Positions 47,327 to 57,972 are shown, numbered from the stretch's first letter. The stretch is 64,000 bases of DNA from Parcubacteria group bacterium (GCA_028286615.1 JAQBRG010000003.1:147406-211405), one strand, 5' to 3'. The notes: generated by a model not told the origin, from the letters alone. Numbers and translations: made by a program.

Positions 47327-49033
47327 CTAGAAACTTGGCGGAGGGGGTGGCGGTGGAAACAGCTCCCTCATCCGAGCTTGCCATTCTTCCTCAGATTCAT
47401 TTTCAAACCTTGCCGTTGAAGGCGGTGGGGGTGGGGGTTCGAAAGCTGGGACTTCAGGTGTCTGCTGAAGAGGAAAACGTTCTGCGATAATCTTCTCTCC
47501 AAGACTCCTGAATCTGTCTTTCCCTTCAGACTGATACTCTTCGACGCTATCAATCCTTCTACCCAGATCGTAAGAAGACTCCGTTCCTGAATTTATTAAG
47601 CCGTGTCTTTCCTTCCAATTTAGGAGCGCAGCAGTTGGATCGCCTCCTTTGTAATACTCAACTTTCGAGGGTCTCTGTTCTGGATACTTCGTGTAATACG
47701 ACTCCCAAAAGTCTTGAGAGGATACCGTGTTTTCTGCTTCTTTGAAGCGAGTTCCTGAACTTTCAATGATACTGTCAGCAACTTCTTGTTTTCTTCGCTT
47801 AACATCCTCAGGACCAGAGTCACGATAATATTTTCCGAAATCTTCAGCGTTACGAGAATTTCTTAAGACAGCTTGTTGGAGCTTAGGGTCTTGAACACCG
47901 AAGCGGTCTTTTAGTATCTGTGCAGCTGCTTCATGATTATCCTTTCGGTCGTCATATGTATCTAGCCACGCATAGAAATCATCTGAGTCTAGAAGAGTGT
48001 CTATATTATTCTTAACCTCTTCGTTCTCAATTGGCTGTTTATGCTCATCAAGTGCATAGCGCGATCCTGTCTCGCTATCTACTTGCGCTTCTGCAGGGAT
48101 AAATACAATACCAGCATTAATATTCATTCCTCGATCAAGTTCAGAGTCTGAAAGAATCCAGGTATCGTTATTCTTAGTGTCTCCCCCTTCAGATAACTTT
48201 CCAATGAAGCGATGCTCAGCTGCAATATGAGCCGAGGGAAAGGCAATAAATATCTCATTGCTTTTCTCGGAACCGTAATATTTGTCTGCTACTTCTTCAG
48301 TGGCAACATGGACTGCCGCACGATCTGCATAGCCATCAAATGCGCTCGATAGAGAGGTCTCAAGACGCTTTTCTGCATCATCCCTGGATTCTGCTTTATC
48401 AAGCTTCAGCGCCTTAGCGACGGCTTCTTCTTTTCCATGTTCCATTGCAGTTATGGCGAGAGACGATTTCAACTTTCCGTCTTGCATCATCTGCATGAAG
48501 CCGTTGGCATATTCTCCCTTCCCCTTAGTGTGCTCAAACATACCTGTATGATCTCTGATACCCTGTCGTGTTACATGGGTAACCATCGCGCTCGGAAAAC
48601 GCTTTAGCAAAAGTGCATAATCTTCCATGGAAAGAGATGCGAGATGTTCCTCGGTAAAGGCCTTTTGCATCTCTTCAGGGTTTCCAGTGGATTCAGCCCA
48701 ACGTTGTTTTTCTTTAGAGTAGAACTCGTCTAGAAGGCGCTTTGGTTCCGAGAACTGAGAAGGGATACTCGAGTCAGGAGCATCCGGAGAGAGTCTTTTC
48801 TTAACCTCAGTCCATTTATTTAAATCTTGTACCTTATCAAGACCTGTTTCATTAAGAGACGTTAGATCTCCCTCAAGCGCTTGATACGTATTAACAGTTT
48901 CTTGAGCAGATTCGCTAAGACTTGATGCGCTGCTCTCTGCGCGAGATTCACGTATCTTTGCAGCTACTTCATTTCTCTCCTCTGCGTGTTCTTGCTTGGA
49001 GAACTCTTTAATAAATTTGGGCAGCTCGGACAT
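47327..49033 (-). CDS. acidic 568-aa soluble protein with two C-terminal poly-proline tracts, hypothetical
   Basis: No TM or signal peptide. Highly charged. C-terminus AFEPPPPPPSTARFENESEEEWQARMRELFPPPPPPPSF. Confidence 0.6.
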   Translation of the reverse strand: MSELPKFIKEFSKQEHAEERNEVAAKIRESRAESSASSLSESAQETVNTYQALEGDLTSLNETGLDKVQDLNKWTEVKKRLSPDAPDSSIPSQFSEPKRLLDEFYSKEKQRWAESTGNPEEMQKAFTEEHLASLSMEDYALLLKRFPSAMVTHVTRQGIRDHTGMFEHTKGKGEYANGFMQMMQDGKLKSSLAITAMEHGKEEAVAKALKLDKAESRDDAEKRLETSLSSAFDGYADRAAVHVATEEVADKYYGSEKSNEIFIAFPSAHIAAEHRFIGKLSEGGDTKNNDTWILSDSELDRGMNINAGIVFIPAEAQVDSETGSRYALDEHKQPIENEEVKNNIDTLLDSDDFYAWLDTYDDRKDNHEAAAQILKDRFGVQDPKLQQAVLRNSRNAEDFGKYYRDSGPEDVKRRKQEVADSIIESSGTRFKEAENTVSSQDFWESYYTKYPEQRPSKVEYYKGGDPTAALLNWKERHGLINSGTESSYDLGRRIDSVEEYQSEGKDRFRSLGEKIIAERFPLQQTPEVPAFEPPPPPPSTARFENESEEEWQARMRELFPPPPPPPSF

Positions 49034-49156
49034 AGATGTACCTAGTATATCTTGAATATAAGGGTGCTCTCGGCAGGAATCGGACCTACATTACCTCGTT
49101 AGGAGTGAGGAGTTCTATCCATTGAACTACGAGAGCGATACCACGAGACTAGCACA

Positions 49157-49190
49157 AAACCCCGCCAGCCTCACGGCCAGCGGGGTTTTG
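49157..49190 (-). terminator. terminator after glutaredoxin gene
   Basis: AAAACCCCGC-loop-GCGGGGTTTT. Confidence 0.75.
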
Positions 49191-49201
49191 CTGTATCTGC
49201 C

Positions 49202-49444
49202 TTATGCAGCGATTCCGAGTGCTGAAGAAAGACGGGCTTTATCAAAACCAATTACCATCTCGTCTCCGATGAAGATAACAGGTACTCCCATCTGTCCACT
49301 CTTCTCAATCATCTGCTGACGCTGTTCGAGGTCTGCAGCAACATCGTGCTCAGTGTATGCAATATTGTTCTCCTTGAAGAAATCCTTGCTCATCTGGCAG
49401 AAGTGGCAAGAAGGGGTGCTGTAAATAGTTACGGTCTTATCCAT
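49202..49444 (-). CDS. glutaredoxin-like protein
   Basis: CHFC active site in an 80-aa thioredoxin-fold protein, and GVPVIFIGDEMVIGFD. Confidence 0.8.
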   Translation of the reverse strand: MDKTVTIYSTPSCHFCQMSKDFFKENNIAYTEHDVAADLEQRQQMIEKSGQMGVPVIFIGDEMVIGFDKARLSSALGIAA

Positions 49445-49479
49445 AGGTCAGTTATTTAGTGTTGCCGAATTATACCACC

Positions 49480-50001
49480 CTACTTTTCCTCTGGGTACTG
49501 GGACAAGTACGCGCGCATATCTGCCCTACTTTTAATTGTAACGAGAGGTCCTTTGTACGTATTGAGAAATGCTCGTATTTTTGGTCCTGTTCTAAACGTG
49601 CGCAGTATAACCTCAGACGTAAAAGCCAGATCTTCCCAGAAAGAGACTTCCGCATGTCTATGATCTTGTCTTAGGACTCTTGAGATGTGGTTGTATACCC
49701 TTTCAAACAAAGGGATATCCACGAAGATTAAGAGTTCAGCACGGGCAGCAATGTCAGACTGAGCCTTTCCGTAGAACCCATCTGACACCCACGCATCCTG
49801 GCTTATAACCTCGTGTGTTTTCTGTTTAACGTATGCACGAACTACCTCTCGTTTCTCTACCTCAGACCTTTTAACATGCTGTCCATTAGCTTCAAACCAG
49901 AAACGATCTAAATGAATATGAGGAATATGTAGTCTGCGAGAAAGCTCTCGAGCGAGCAGGCTTTTGCCGCTTGCTGGAAGTCCTATGATACTTATGCGCA
50001 T
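49480..50001 (-). CDS. P-loop NTPase, adenylate-kinase-like (FlaR/topology-modulation-like)
   Basis: Walker A GLPASGKS. Short alpha/beta kinase fold size. Confidence 0.6.
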   Translation of the reverse strand: MRISIIGLPASGKSLLARELSRRLHIPHIHLDRFWFEANGQHVKRSEVEKREVVRAYVKQKTHEVISQDAWVSDGFYGKAQSDIAARAELLIFVDIPLFERVYNHISRVLRQDHRHAEVSFWEDLAFTSEVILRTFRTGPKIRAFLNTYKGPLVTIKSRADMRAYLSQYPEEK

Positions 50002-50013
50002 AGTGTCTCTCTT

Positions 50014-50394
50014 CTACCAGAAACCAAACCAGCCGAAGAACCGCTTCTGCCACGGAATCTTGGGAGCGGTTGTTGTTGCTTCTCCCGGCACCACGATAAT
50101 AACCTCCTCTCCAGGACGAGCTACACCATGAGTCTGGCGAAGGGTGGCTTCCTGTCCTCGCTCGGTCTTAAGCTCTGCGAGGTTCGCAGAAAGAGTTCCG
50201 CGACGTTCCTCAAGAACTGCGAGCTGGGCTTTTGTGTCTCGGACTGCGTGGCGGGCAATCTCCTCTTTTCGCACGATGCCCCATAGGAGAAATAGAATCC
50301 AAAGCAATGCGAGAGCGAGTACGCCAGCAAGAGCGTACTCGCCTACACGTTTTTTGGTTGGCTTCCGAGGCATGGCTTCTAGTATACCAAGCAA
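50014..50394 (-). CDS. septum formation initiator (FtsB/DivIC-like)
   Basis: N-terminal TM, heptad coiled-coil (LAVLEERRGTLSANLAELKTER), conserved GEEVIIV C-terminal segment. Confidence 0.6.
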   Translation of the reverse strand: MLGILEAMPRKPTKKRVGEYALAGVLALALLWILFLLWGIVRKEEIARHAVRDTKAQLAVLEERRGTLSANLAELKTERGQEATLRQTHGVARPGEEVIIVVPGEATTTAPKIPWQKRFFGWFGFW

Positions 50395-50575
50395 AAAATT
50401 ACCTTGTCCTTAATCCACTGATAAAGACATGGGTAGCTTGGTCTCAAAATGAGATTGCTGTGAACCCTATTTATAGCCATGTTTTACAATTGTGGAAAAC
50501 TTGCCTCAATATAGCTGATTTGTTATACTTGCAGAACACTCGGGAACCGTCACGCTTCGTGGCGGTTTTCTTTAT

Positions 50576-51187
50576 TTATCCATCTGTTTCTTCGCCTTTT
50601 TCAATGGTTCGCTGCCAATTCTTGATATGGATGAATTGGACTCGTCTTTGATCTAGGTCCTCACGTTCAATTATCGCCTTGAGTCGTGTTGAGAATCGAT
50701 TTTTATTGAAAAAATCCTTATTTTGACTGGACACAATTCTAACAGTGGCACCCTTCTCTAAGAGTTTTTCAATCAGGTATGCAAAATCTCCATCTCCCGT
50801 GAAAATCAAAGCTTGGTCCCCTTCTCTTATGGTTTCCAAGGCGTCGACAGTTAGTTCAACATCACAGTTAGATTTCTGATTCCCTTTTACCGTTTCTTTG
50901 TACGTAAAATCGCCGTGGCATTTGGGGCAGGCAACCTCAATCTCCTTAATCGTATTCGGATGAATGTGAGTTAGTTTAGTTCTGACGACATAACCCATTT
51001 CTTCGATTCTCTCGAGCTGCTCCTTCTCTTTCTCGCCCTTATGACCTTTATAGAAAAAGACAGAAGTACATGACCACTTATCGTTTACAAGCAGTTCATA
51101 GAGCTTTGACCAATCAATAGAAAAGCCAAGTACATTCTTGGTTGTACCCGTGGTATTCGGTACGTCTATGAAGGCAAATCTCCGCAT
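50576..51187 (-). CDS. NYN/PIN-like domain protein (LabA/DUF88-like) with CxxC...C zinc ribbon insert
   Basis: MRRFAFIDVPN N-terminus and FTGDGDFAYLIEKLLEKGATVRIV are NYN hallmarks. ACPKCHG...C insert. Confidence 0.6.
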   Translation of the reverse strand: MRRFAFIDVPNTTGTTKNVLGFSIDWSKLYELLVNDKWSCTSVFFYKGHKGEKEKEQLERIEEMGYVVRTKLTHIHPNTIKEIEVACPKCHGDFTYKETVKGNQKSNCDVELTVDALETIREGDQALIFTGDGDFAYLIEKLLEKGATVRIVSSQNKDFFNKNRFSTRLKAIIEREDLDQRRVQFIHIKNWQRTIEKGEETDG

Positions 51188-51241
51188 TCGGACATTATAC
51201 GCCTGTTCTTAATTACAGCCCACTATTAGAGAAATGCTCGA

Positions 51242-53047
51242 TTATCTATCCGAATCCTGCACCATCTTCATAAACACCTCCTGTGGTATTTCCATCTTTG
51301 AGTGTGCTCCACGTCTCTTCTTTCCCTTCTTCTGCTTCTCGAGCAGTTTCATCTTTCGCGTAATATCGCCTCCGTAGAGGTATCCGGTAACATCCTTACG
51401 CATAGCAGAGATGCTCTTAGAAGACACGATACGTCCTAGCGCATGAGCCTGGATCTTAAGCACGAACATCTGCTTTGGAAGAATGTCATGGAGTTTCTCA
51501 ACCATCTTCTCTCCTTCAAGCTCAACACGGCGTCTTGAGACAACGCGTGCGAACGCTGGCACCGCTTCTTCTGCAACGAAGATCTCGAGCTTAACCACAT
51601 CTGCTGGTCTGTCGTCTAGGAATTCGTATGAAAGAGATGCGTATCCTGAAGACGCGTTCTTAACCTTATCGAAGAAGCCACGCATAAGCTCGCGAAGAGG
51701 CATTTCAGCCGTAAGCTCTATGCGTCCGTCTGGATAGGTCTGGGTGTCCTGTACATCGCCTTCATGGTCATGGAAGAGCTGTATGAGGTTTGAGAGCGAG
51801 TCTGGAGGTGTAATGAGGATAACCTTCACCCACGGCTCTTCAATGGCTGCTATGTCTCCGTATGCTGGGAATTTGGATGGCGTGTACACGGTCTCACGCT
51901 TCCCTTGCTTGTCCGTAACGTGGTACGCGATTGTGGGAATGGTAACGATGAGCTCCAGGTCGAATTCGCGCTTCAAACGCTCGGTAATAATCTCAAGATG
52001 GAGCATGCCGAGGAACCCGCAACGGAATCCGCGTCCGAGCACGCCGGAAGACTCCTCTTCAAAAGAGAGCGAGGAGTCCGTCAGGCGAAGGCGCTCCAGA
52101 GACTGGCGAAGCTCGGTAAGGGAGTCCTGGCTTTCTGGATACACTGATGCCCACACAACGGGGCGAGGACGTATGAACTCGGAAAGCGGCGGAAGCGATC
52201 CGCGCTCAGTCGCTATCGTATCGCCAACAGCAACCACGCCTGCTTCCTTTATACCGGTAACCACGTACCCGATCTCTCCTGCGGAAAGAGATTCTGTCGG
52301 TGTCTCGTCTGGCATGAATATGCCGGTCTCAAGCGCGGAAAATCGTTTGTCAGCTGCTTTGAATTCAAGTGCGTCTCCCTTTTTAAGCTCGCCGTCAAAG
52401 ACGCGTACGAAGACCGCAATACCGCGGTGCGTTGAATATGAAAAGTCGAAGATAAGCGCGCGTGCTTCATTCTTCTCGCTCGGGCGTGGCTGCGGCACGT
52501 CCCGCACTATTCTTTCAAGAAGTGCTCCGACTCCTTCTCCTGTGCGTCCAGACACTCCTAGAATACTATCTGGATCGATGCTCAGAAGTTCAGCAAGTTC
52601 AAGCGCAACTTCGTCAGGACGCGCGGCTGGAGAATCTATCTTGGAGAGCACGGGAATGATTATGCATCCTGCATCGCGAGCCATGCCGAGCGTAGTCAGG
52701 GTCTGCGCCTGGATACCCTGGGTGCAGTCTACGAGGAGAATAACGCCCTCAACAGCTGAAAGCGCCCGAGACACCTCATATGCGAAGTCTATGTGCCCCG
52801 GCGTATCGATGAGATTCATGATGTAGTCCTGTCCGTCGGTAGCCTTGTACTTCATGCGGGCCGGCTGCATCTTGATGGTGATGCCGCGCTCTCGCTCAAG
52901 ATCCATTTTGTCTAGGACTTGGTCTCGCATCTTTCTCGCTTCAATAGTGCCAGTACGCTCAAGAAGTCGATCCGCGAGGGTCGACTTTCCATGATCTATG
53001 TGTGCAATTATCGAAAAGTTACGTATCTGGTTAGTCATTGAGGGCAT
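51242..53047 (-). CDS. lepA: elongation factor 4
   Basis: NFSIIAHIDHGKSTLADRLL G1 motif, DTPGHIDF, unique LepA C-terminal domain. 601 aa. Confidence 0.95.
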   Translation of the reverse strand: MPSMTNQIRNFSIIAHIDHGKSTLADRLLERTGTIEARKMRDQVLDKMDLERERGITIKMQPARMKYKATDGQDYIMNLIDTPGHIDFAYEVSRALSAVEGVILLVDCTQGIQAQTLTTLGMARDAGCIIIPVLSKIDSPAARPDEVALELAELLSIDPDSILGVSGRTGEGVGALLERIVRDVPQPRPSEKNEARALIFDFSYSTHRGIAVFVRVFDGELKKGDALEFKAADKRFSALETGIFMPDETPTESLSAGEIGYVVTGIKEAGVVAVGDTIATERGSLPPLSEFIRPRPVVWASVYPESQDSLTELRQSLERLRLTDSSLSFEEESSGVLGRGFRCGFLGMLHLEIITERLKREFDLELIVTIPTIAYHVTDKQGKRETVYTPSKFPAYGDIAAIEEPWVKVILITPPDSLSNLIQLFHDHEGDVQDTQTYPDGRIELTAEMPLRELMRGFFDKVKNASSGYASLSYEFLDDRPADVVKLEIFVAEEAVPAFARVVSRRRVELEGEKMVEKLHDILPKQMFVLKIQAHALGRIVSSKSISAMRKDVTGYLYGGDITRKMKLLEKQKKGKKRRGAHSKMEIPQEVFMKMVQDSDR

Positions 53048-54734
53048 TATCGATAGGCGAGCCGTACGGTTTGAGGGCCTTGGTTGAGGTGAGTTTCCTC
53101 AACGAATCAACTAGATCCCTGAATTCTTGGTTTGCGAGAAGCGCCAAAACCGCGGCAGCCACGATAAGACCTACCATACCAGCCAGGAAGCCTTCAGCAA
53201 AGACAGTCACAAGCGTGGTAAGCGGAGCCAGATTTCCAACGAACGAGAGCACGCCATATGCCGCTGCCCCGCCCATGATAGCGGCGGCCATACCCTCAGA
53301 CATAGGTCGAATGAGCGAACGCCCAACACGAGGTGCAACGCGGCCTAGAGTTACAAGCGCCAACACCCCCATAACTAACTGCCCAATACTTGAACCAACC
53401 GCTATCAGCACAATCTCTGCTCCCGGGATGTCTCCAATACGAAACAGAGACTCAAAGAAGAACCGCACCTGAGGATATGCAGATGCAAGCATCAACATGC
53501 CGCCTGCTCCGAGCACCGATACAACCGCACCCGCGCTCTGAATAAGAAGCGGGTTCCAAGAACGATTTGCGGCGTAGAAGGCGCGCGAAGCAAGCAGCAC
53601 GAGCCCCTGCGCCATAAGCGCAAGAGCTAATGTTGCTAGAATTGCCGCCGTGAGGCGAGTAGCGTCCCAGTCAAAGGCACCGGAACCCAAGATGATACGC
53701 ACAAGGTGCGCACGAAGAACCAAGATAAGCACCGAAGCAATCGCGGACCAGAAGATGATATGTCTCGCCGCCGTTACAAGAGTTGTCTTGAACTCGTCGA
53801 AACGTTTCGCTCCCATGTGTTCAGCCATAACCGGGAACGCAGCAGTTGCGTAAGACGCACCAATAAGCGCTAGAGGTACAGACGCCAAGTTCGCACCAAG
53901 CGTGAACACAGAGATACCTCCCTCCCCACTTCTTGCCGCAAGCGTAGTTAGCGCAAGCATCGACAGAGATCCCATACCAAGCGCAAGCGAACGTGGTACC
54001 GAGTCTTTAATAACAGGCCAAATAGTTTTAGCTTTTGGCAGCACAAGACGCGGCAACAGTTTCGCTTGAGCCAGGACCGGCACATGGATTAACAAGTGCG
54101 CGATAGCTCCTCCAATAACGCCGTACCCGATACCGGGGAGTCCATATATAGGATAGAGAAATACCGTACCTATAATAATTCCCACGTTGTAGAGCACCGG
54201 CGAGAGCGCGAACAATACGAACCTTCGGTTAACCTGCGTAACACTCGTGAATATTCCAGAGAGTCCAAGCAATATTGGCTGCACAAGAAGAAGACGAGAC
54301 AGGAACACGAAGCTTGCAGCTTCTGGCAGATTCTTAAATGCGGGGAACAACTGGAACAAGAAGAACGGCGCAAACACCGCGAGTACTGCACAAAGAACAC
54401 CTCCTCCTAGTAATAGGAATGAGGTGGTCTCTGATATGAGTCGCTTCGCATCTGCCTTCCCTTCTCCTGCAATACGCGGGATAAGCACGTAGGCCGACAC
54501 AAGAGATGCGACAAGTGCGAACACAATGTCAGGCACCTTGAATGCCGCGTAGTACAAGTCGAGCGTCTGTCCTGCACCGAAGTGATGGGCGAACAATCTA
54601 TCGCGAAGCAGTGCGAGCAGCTGGGACGCGAGAGTGAGGCCGGCAAGCAGATACGCAGCCTGGTGAAGGCCGCGTATCGGTGCCGCAACACGCCGGATCG
54701 GCGCTGCAATACTTTCAATGATAGTTCGCACCAT
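53031..54734 (-). CDS. murJ: lipid II flippase MurJ
   Basis: 14-TM MOP-superfamily profile. 567 aa. Overlaps lepA by 17 nt. Confidence 0.85.
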   Translation of the reverse strand: MVRTIIESIAAPIRRVAAPIRGLHQAAYLLAGLTLASQLLALLRDRLFAHHFGAGQTLDLYYAAFKVPDIVFALVASLVSAYVLIPRIAGEGKADAKRLISETTSFLLLGGGVLCAVLAVFAPFFLFQLFPAFKNLPEAASFVFLSRLLLVQPILLGLSGIFTSVTQVNRRFVLFALSPVLYNVGIIIGTVFLYPIYGLPGIGYGVIGGAIAHLLIHVPVLAQAKLLPRLVLPKAKTIWPVIKDSVPRSLALGMGSLSMLALTTLAARSGEGGISVFTLGANLASVPLALIGASYATAAFPVMAEHMGAKRFDEFKTTLVTAARHIIFWSAIASVLILVLRAHLVRIILGSGAFDWDATRLTAAILATLALALMAQGLVLLASRAFYAANRSWNPLLIQSAGAVVSVLGAGGMLMLASAYPQVRFFFESLFRIGDIPGAEIVLIAVGSSIGQLVMGVLALVTLGRVAPRVGRSLIRPMSEGMAAAIMGGAAAYGVLSFVGNLAPLTTLVTVFAEGFLAGMVGLIVAAAVLALLANQEFRDLVDSLRKLTSTKALKPYGSPIDNALND

Positions 54735-54740
54735 GAGGTG

Positions 54741-57191
54741 TTAACGAGCAGGCGTTGCTGTAGCTGGCTTGTTTGCCGGCTCAGTTATCGTCTGAGGGAT
54801 TCCGAGCGCGCCAAGTCGTGAAGGAGGGAACGGATTCTTTCCTAGACGAAGTTGGGCGAGATCTGGAGCAACTGCCGTAGCGTTCTCAGGTGAGAGCGCA
54901 GACACGGCTTCAAGCTGTGCGATAGCAAGATCGTTCTGCTTGTTCGTTGCGTACATAACCGCAAGGAAGAAACGAGCGTTTGCGTACTGAGGGTTGAGAT
55001 CAACCGCACGAGCGAGAGCCTGGATTGCTCCTGGAGTATCTCCGTTAGCTGAGCGCAAGATACCAACCTGGAAGAGCACGGTAGGGTCCTGCGGCGCAAA
55101 GTACGCAGCAGCCTCTGCAGCCTGGAGAGCTTCCTTTGCTTTGCCTTGCTCAGCCTTGAGCTGGGAAAGAAGGAAGATTGCCTGGGTGTAGTCGTGCTTC
55201 AGGTTAATAGCCTTAACGAGCTGTTCTTCAGCACCTGCACTGTTCTTCTTAGCAATCTCGAGCTGTGCGAGTACGTACGGCAAGGATGGGTTTGAAGGGT
55301 TCAGATCAACTGCCTTCTGGTACGCCGTCTTTGCGTTGTCGTATGCACCTTCGATGTTAAGAGGAACAACAGTCTCGTACACATTGCCGAGCATTGCCCA
55401 GTTCTGGTAGTTGTCGGGACCGAGGCGAGTTGAAGTAAGCGCTGCTTCAATGCTTGAAGACAGTGCTGTCTGGAACTGCTGCTGTGCGTCTGAAGGGGTT
55501 AGCTTCGTGTCTGCAGCAATCTGTGCCATGTGCGCAATACCAACCGCTGAAGCGAGACGGTATGTCCTGTCTGCTGGAGAGAAGAGTATTGAGCGAGCTA
55601 CAGCGGTGTCTGCCTTTGCTAGATCGTTGCTGTTAAGGGCAACAGAGGCTTCGCTGTATGCAACAGAGGCGAGGTATCGCTCTATAACAACGTATGCAGC
55701 GCCAACAGAGGCGAGCAAGAGAAGCGTGAGGCCAAAGACAATAACGAATCCAACGCGAGGACTTCGGGCGAACACAATTCCCCACTCATGTGCCTTCGCG
55801 CTATAGCGAAGAGACGAGATGAAGAGTCCTGCTAGCAAGAAGCCAACGGTAATAACAATGGGACCCGGCACCGTGAAGATGGTAAGTGCGAACACGAAGA
55901 GTGCACCGGTAAAGGATGCAACAGATGTGAAGCGTACGAACGCATCGTTCGGCTGTCTAAACAGCAGTGCGCGAAGACCAAAGAAGATAAAGAGACCGAG
56001 GAAGGCAAGCCATGCGAGCGCTCCAATGATGCCGGTCGTAACGAACGAGGTAGGAATGTATCCAATACCTGAAGTGAAGTCTATGTTCCAGAACACGGTG
56101 TCGTTAAGGCTGCGGTCACGGAACTTCAACCATTCTTCGTTGAAGGTACCGGGACCCGATCCAAAGAGTGGTGAGGAAGCGTACGTGTGTCCGCCAATAG
56201 CGAGCGTGGACTGCCATGATGGACGAACGTCAATAACGTTCGCACCAAAGGCTCCAGCAAGCGCGTTACCGATGGTTGAGCCGCCGATAAGGAAGAGCAA
56301 CGCGATAACGAGCGATACAAGCGGTACGGCAAGCGAGTGTGTCTCGCCTGACATAGGCTCTGTATCGTTTTCTGCGAGCAACATCGCTACTCCATCAAGA
56401 TCTGCCTCGGCGCCTGTTGCGCGGTGATGCATGATCGCTTCAATGAAGAGACCAAGAGACACGAGCGCAACCATTGCCCAGACAACTGCTGAGTTAACGA
56501 GTGCAAGAACCAATAGACCTACTCCAATACCCACGAAGAGCGCGATGCGCACCTTCTTGGTTGGCGTGAGGAAACGAAAGGCAAGAAGCGTAAGAGCAAC
56601 ACCAAGACCAACCAACATGCCGAGGTCCGCAAAGGAACCAATAAGGTTAGTGGTTGGCGAGATGAAGTTTGGCGCTACTTTGCCAGCAATAATGAAAACC
56701 AACTGCACTACAAGCACGAGGCCGAGCAATACCGCCCCAACTTTAAAGAAGGTGCGGTAGTGGCCTGTACGCCTGAACGCAAGCGCGGTTAAGCTTGCTA
56801 GTACAGCCGTAATAAGCACGAACCCAAGCGTATCTGGTTCAAGCTCTGTTCCGAAGAAGGCTCGTGAGAGTCCAGCTCCAGAGAAGAACGCTGAGAGAAG
56901 ATATGCAGCAGGCACGATCCACAGAGCCCCAAGCAGAGTCGCAGGTGGAACGATAACGTTTCCACGAGTGAGGCGCGCAAGGATGTAGAGCGCAAGTGTA
57001 ATAAGACCGCCGATAGCAAGAACGGAGACCTTCGTATACAGGAACGGAATCGTTGCTGTAGGTATGAAGGCTACGCTCGCCAATACGGCGGTAGCAAGAA
57101 GAGCCCAGATTGTTCCCAAATCAAACGACAACCGTCTGTTTCGAGGAGCAACCGTCACGGATGTATCCATAACGTTATATTTATTTAGCAC
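54741..57191 (-). CDS. O-antigen-ligase-like (Wzy_C) polytopic membrane protein fused to C-terminal TPR repeats
   Basis: About 12 TM helices with Wzy_C-like loop (GGHTYASSPLFGSGPGTFNEEW). C-terminal 250 aa are TPR-like (AYQKAVDLNP..., LARAVDLNPQYANARFFLA). Confidence 0.7.
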   Translation of the reverse strand: MLNKYNVMDTSVTVAPRNRRLSFDLGTIWALLATAVLASVAFIPTATIPFLYTKVSVLAIGGLITLALYILARLTRGNVIVPPATLLGALWIVPAAYLLSAFFSGAGLSRAFFGTELEPDTLGFVLITAVLASLTALAFRRTGHYRTFFKVGAVLLGLVLVVQLVFIIAGKVAPNFISPTTNLIGSFADLGMLVGLGVALTLLAFRFLTPTKKVRIALFVGIGVGLLVLALVNSAVVWAMVALVSLGLFIEAIMHHRATGAEADLDGVAMLLAENDTEPMSGETHSLAVPLVSLVIALLFLIGGSTIGNALAGAFGANVIDVRPSWQSTLAIGGHTYASSPLFGSGPGTFNEEWLKFRDRSLNDTVFWNIDFTSGIGYIPTSFVTTGIIGALAWLAFLGLFIFFGLRALLFRQPNDAFVRFTSVASFTGALFVFALTIFTVPGPIVITVGFLLAGLFISSLRYSAKAHEWGIVFARSPRVGFVIVFGLTLLLLASVGAAYVVIERYLASVAYSEASVALNSNDLAKADTAVARSILFSPADRTYRLASAVGIAHMAQIAADTKLTPSDAQQQFQTALSSSIEAALTSTRLGPDNYQNWAMLGNVYETVVPLNIEGAYDNAKTAYQKAVDLNPSNPSLPYVLAQLEIAKKNSAGAEEQLVKAINLKHDYTQAIFLLSQLKAEQGKAKEALQAAEAAAYFAPQDPTVLFQVGILRSANGDTPGAIQALARAVDLNPQYANARFFLAVMYATNKQNDLAIAQLEAVSALSPENATAVAPDLAQLRLGKNPFPPSRLGALGIPQTITEPANKPATATPAR

Positions 57192-57381
57192 CTAATAACC
57201 TATTTATTATAGCGTGCAATGGGTCCTTGTTTTGGGGGTTTGTGGAGAAAGCCTCAACAACTCACGCAGTCATGACAATTTCCTTAAAAATGGTATGTTC
57301 CATACGGAGTCGTTTGAAAAGTTCGGTTTGATGCCGCACACCTGGCAGACCCAGGTTCCATAGACGCTCCAGGAGACTACT

Positions 57382-57972
57382 GTGAAGAAATGGAACAGGA
57401 CCACCATTCATTGGCCGATGCAGGACTACATTTCAGCGGATTTCCCGCCCCTGCCCGGTCGCGGAAAACCCACCACAATCACATGGAAAGACGGATCGGG
57501 ACATCCAGACGAGCCGGTGTACACCCAGTGCAACTGCATTTCCATTAGTGCTTCGTCTGGGCTTTCTCGATACGCGGAGCTTGAATTAGACCTCTTGGCG
57601 TTGTCTGCCGATGGTCGTAAGGGAAGGGTACCGACTTTCGACCTCCACAAAGCGATAGTGGACCGACTTGAGCAATTAGTCACGGATCATCCTGAAATCA
57701 TCCTGCTCTCCGAAGGTCGTTATAAGCCGGTTGTGCGACTTCCCTTGCGCAACGGGGAGCAATTCTGTGAGCGAGCAATCGAATTCGTGAGTGACATCTT
57801 CAAGAACCTGGGTCTTGAAGATCCCAAGGGACACTTACGTGCGAACTTCACCATCACCCAGGAGACCTACGTCCTCGCGAACAACAGAGAAGAGCGGCCC
57901 AGCATGCGATACGAGGACTGGCTCCGTAACAAGTACGGCCTGAAGTTGCTCATACTCAATTCCGGCAACTAG
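57382..57972 (+). CDS. hypothetical protein (GTG start, SD CCAGGAG)
   Basis: ORF-track ORF. Somewhat GC-rich. Followed by the terminator GACCGCC-ccaca-GGCGGTC. Confidence 0.5.
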   Translation: MKKWNRTTIHWPMQDYISADFPPLPGRGKPTTITWKDGSGHPDEPVYTQCNCISISASSGLSRYAELELDLLALSADGRKGRVPTFDLHKAIVDRLEQLVTDHPEIILLSEGRYKPVVRLPLRNGEQFCERAIEFVSDIFKNLGLEDPKGHLRANFTITQETYVLANNREERPSMRYEDWLRNKYGLKLLILNSGN

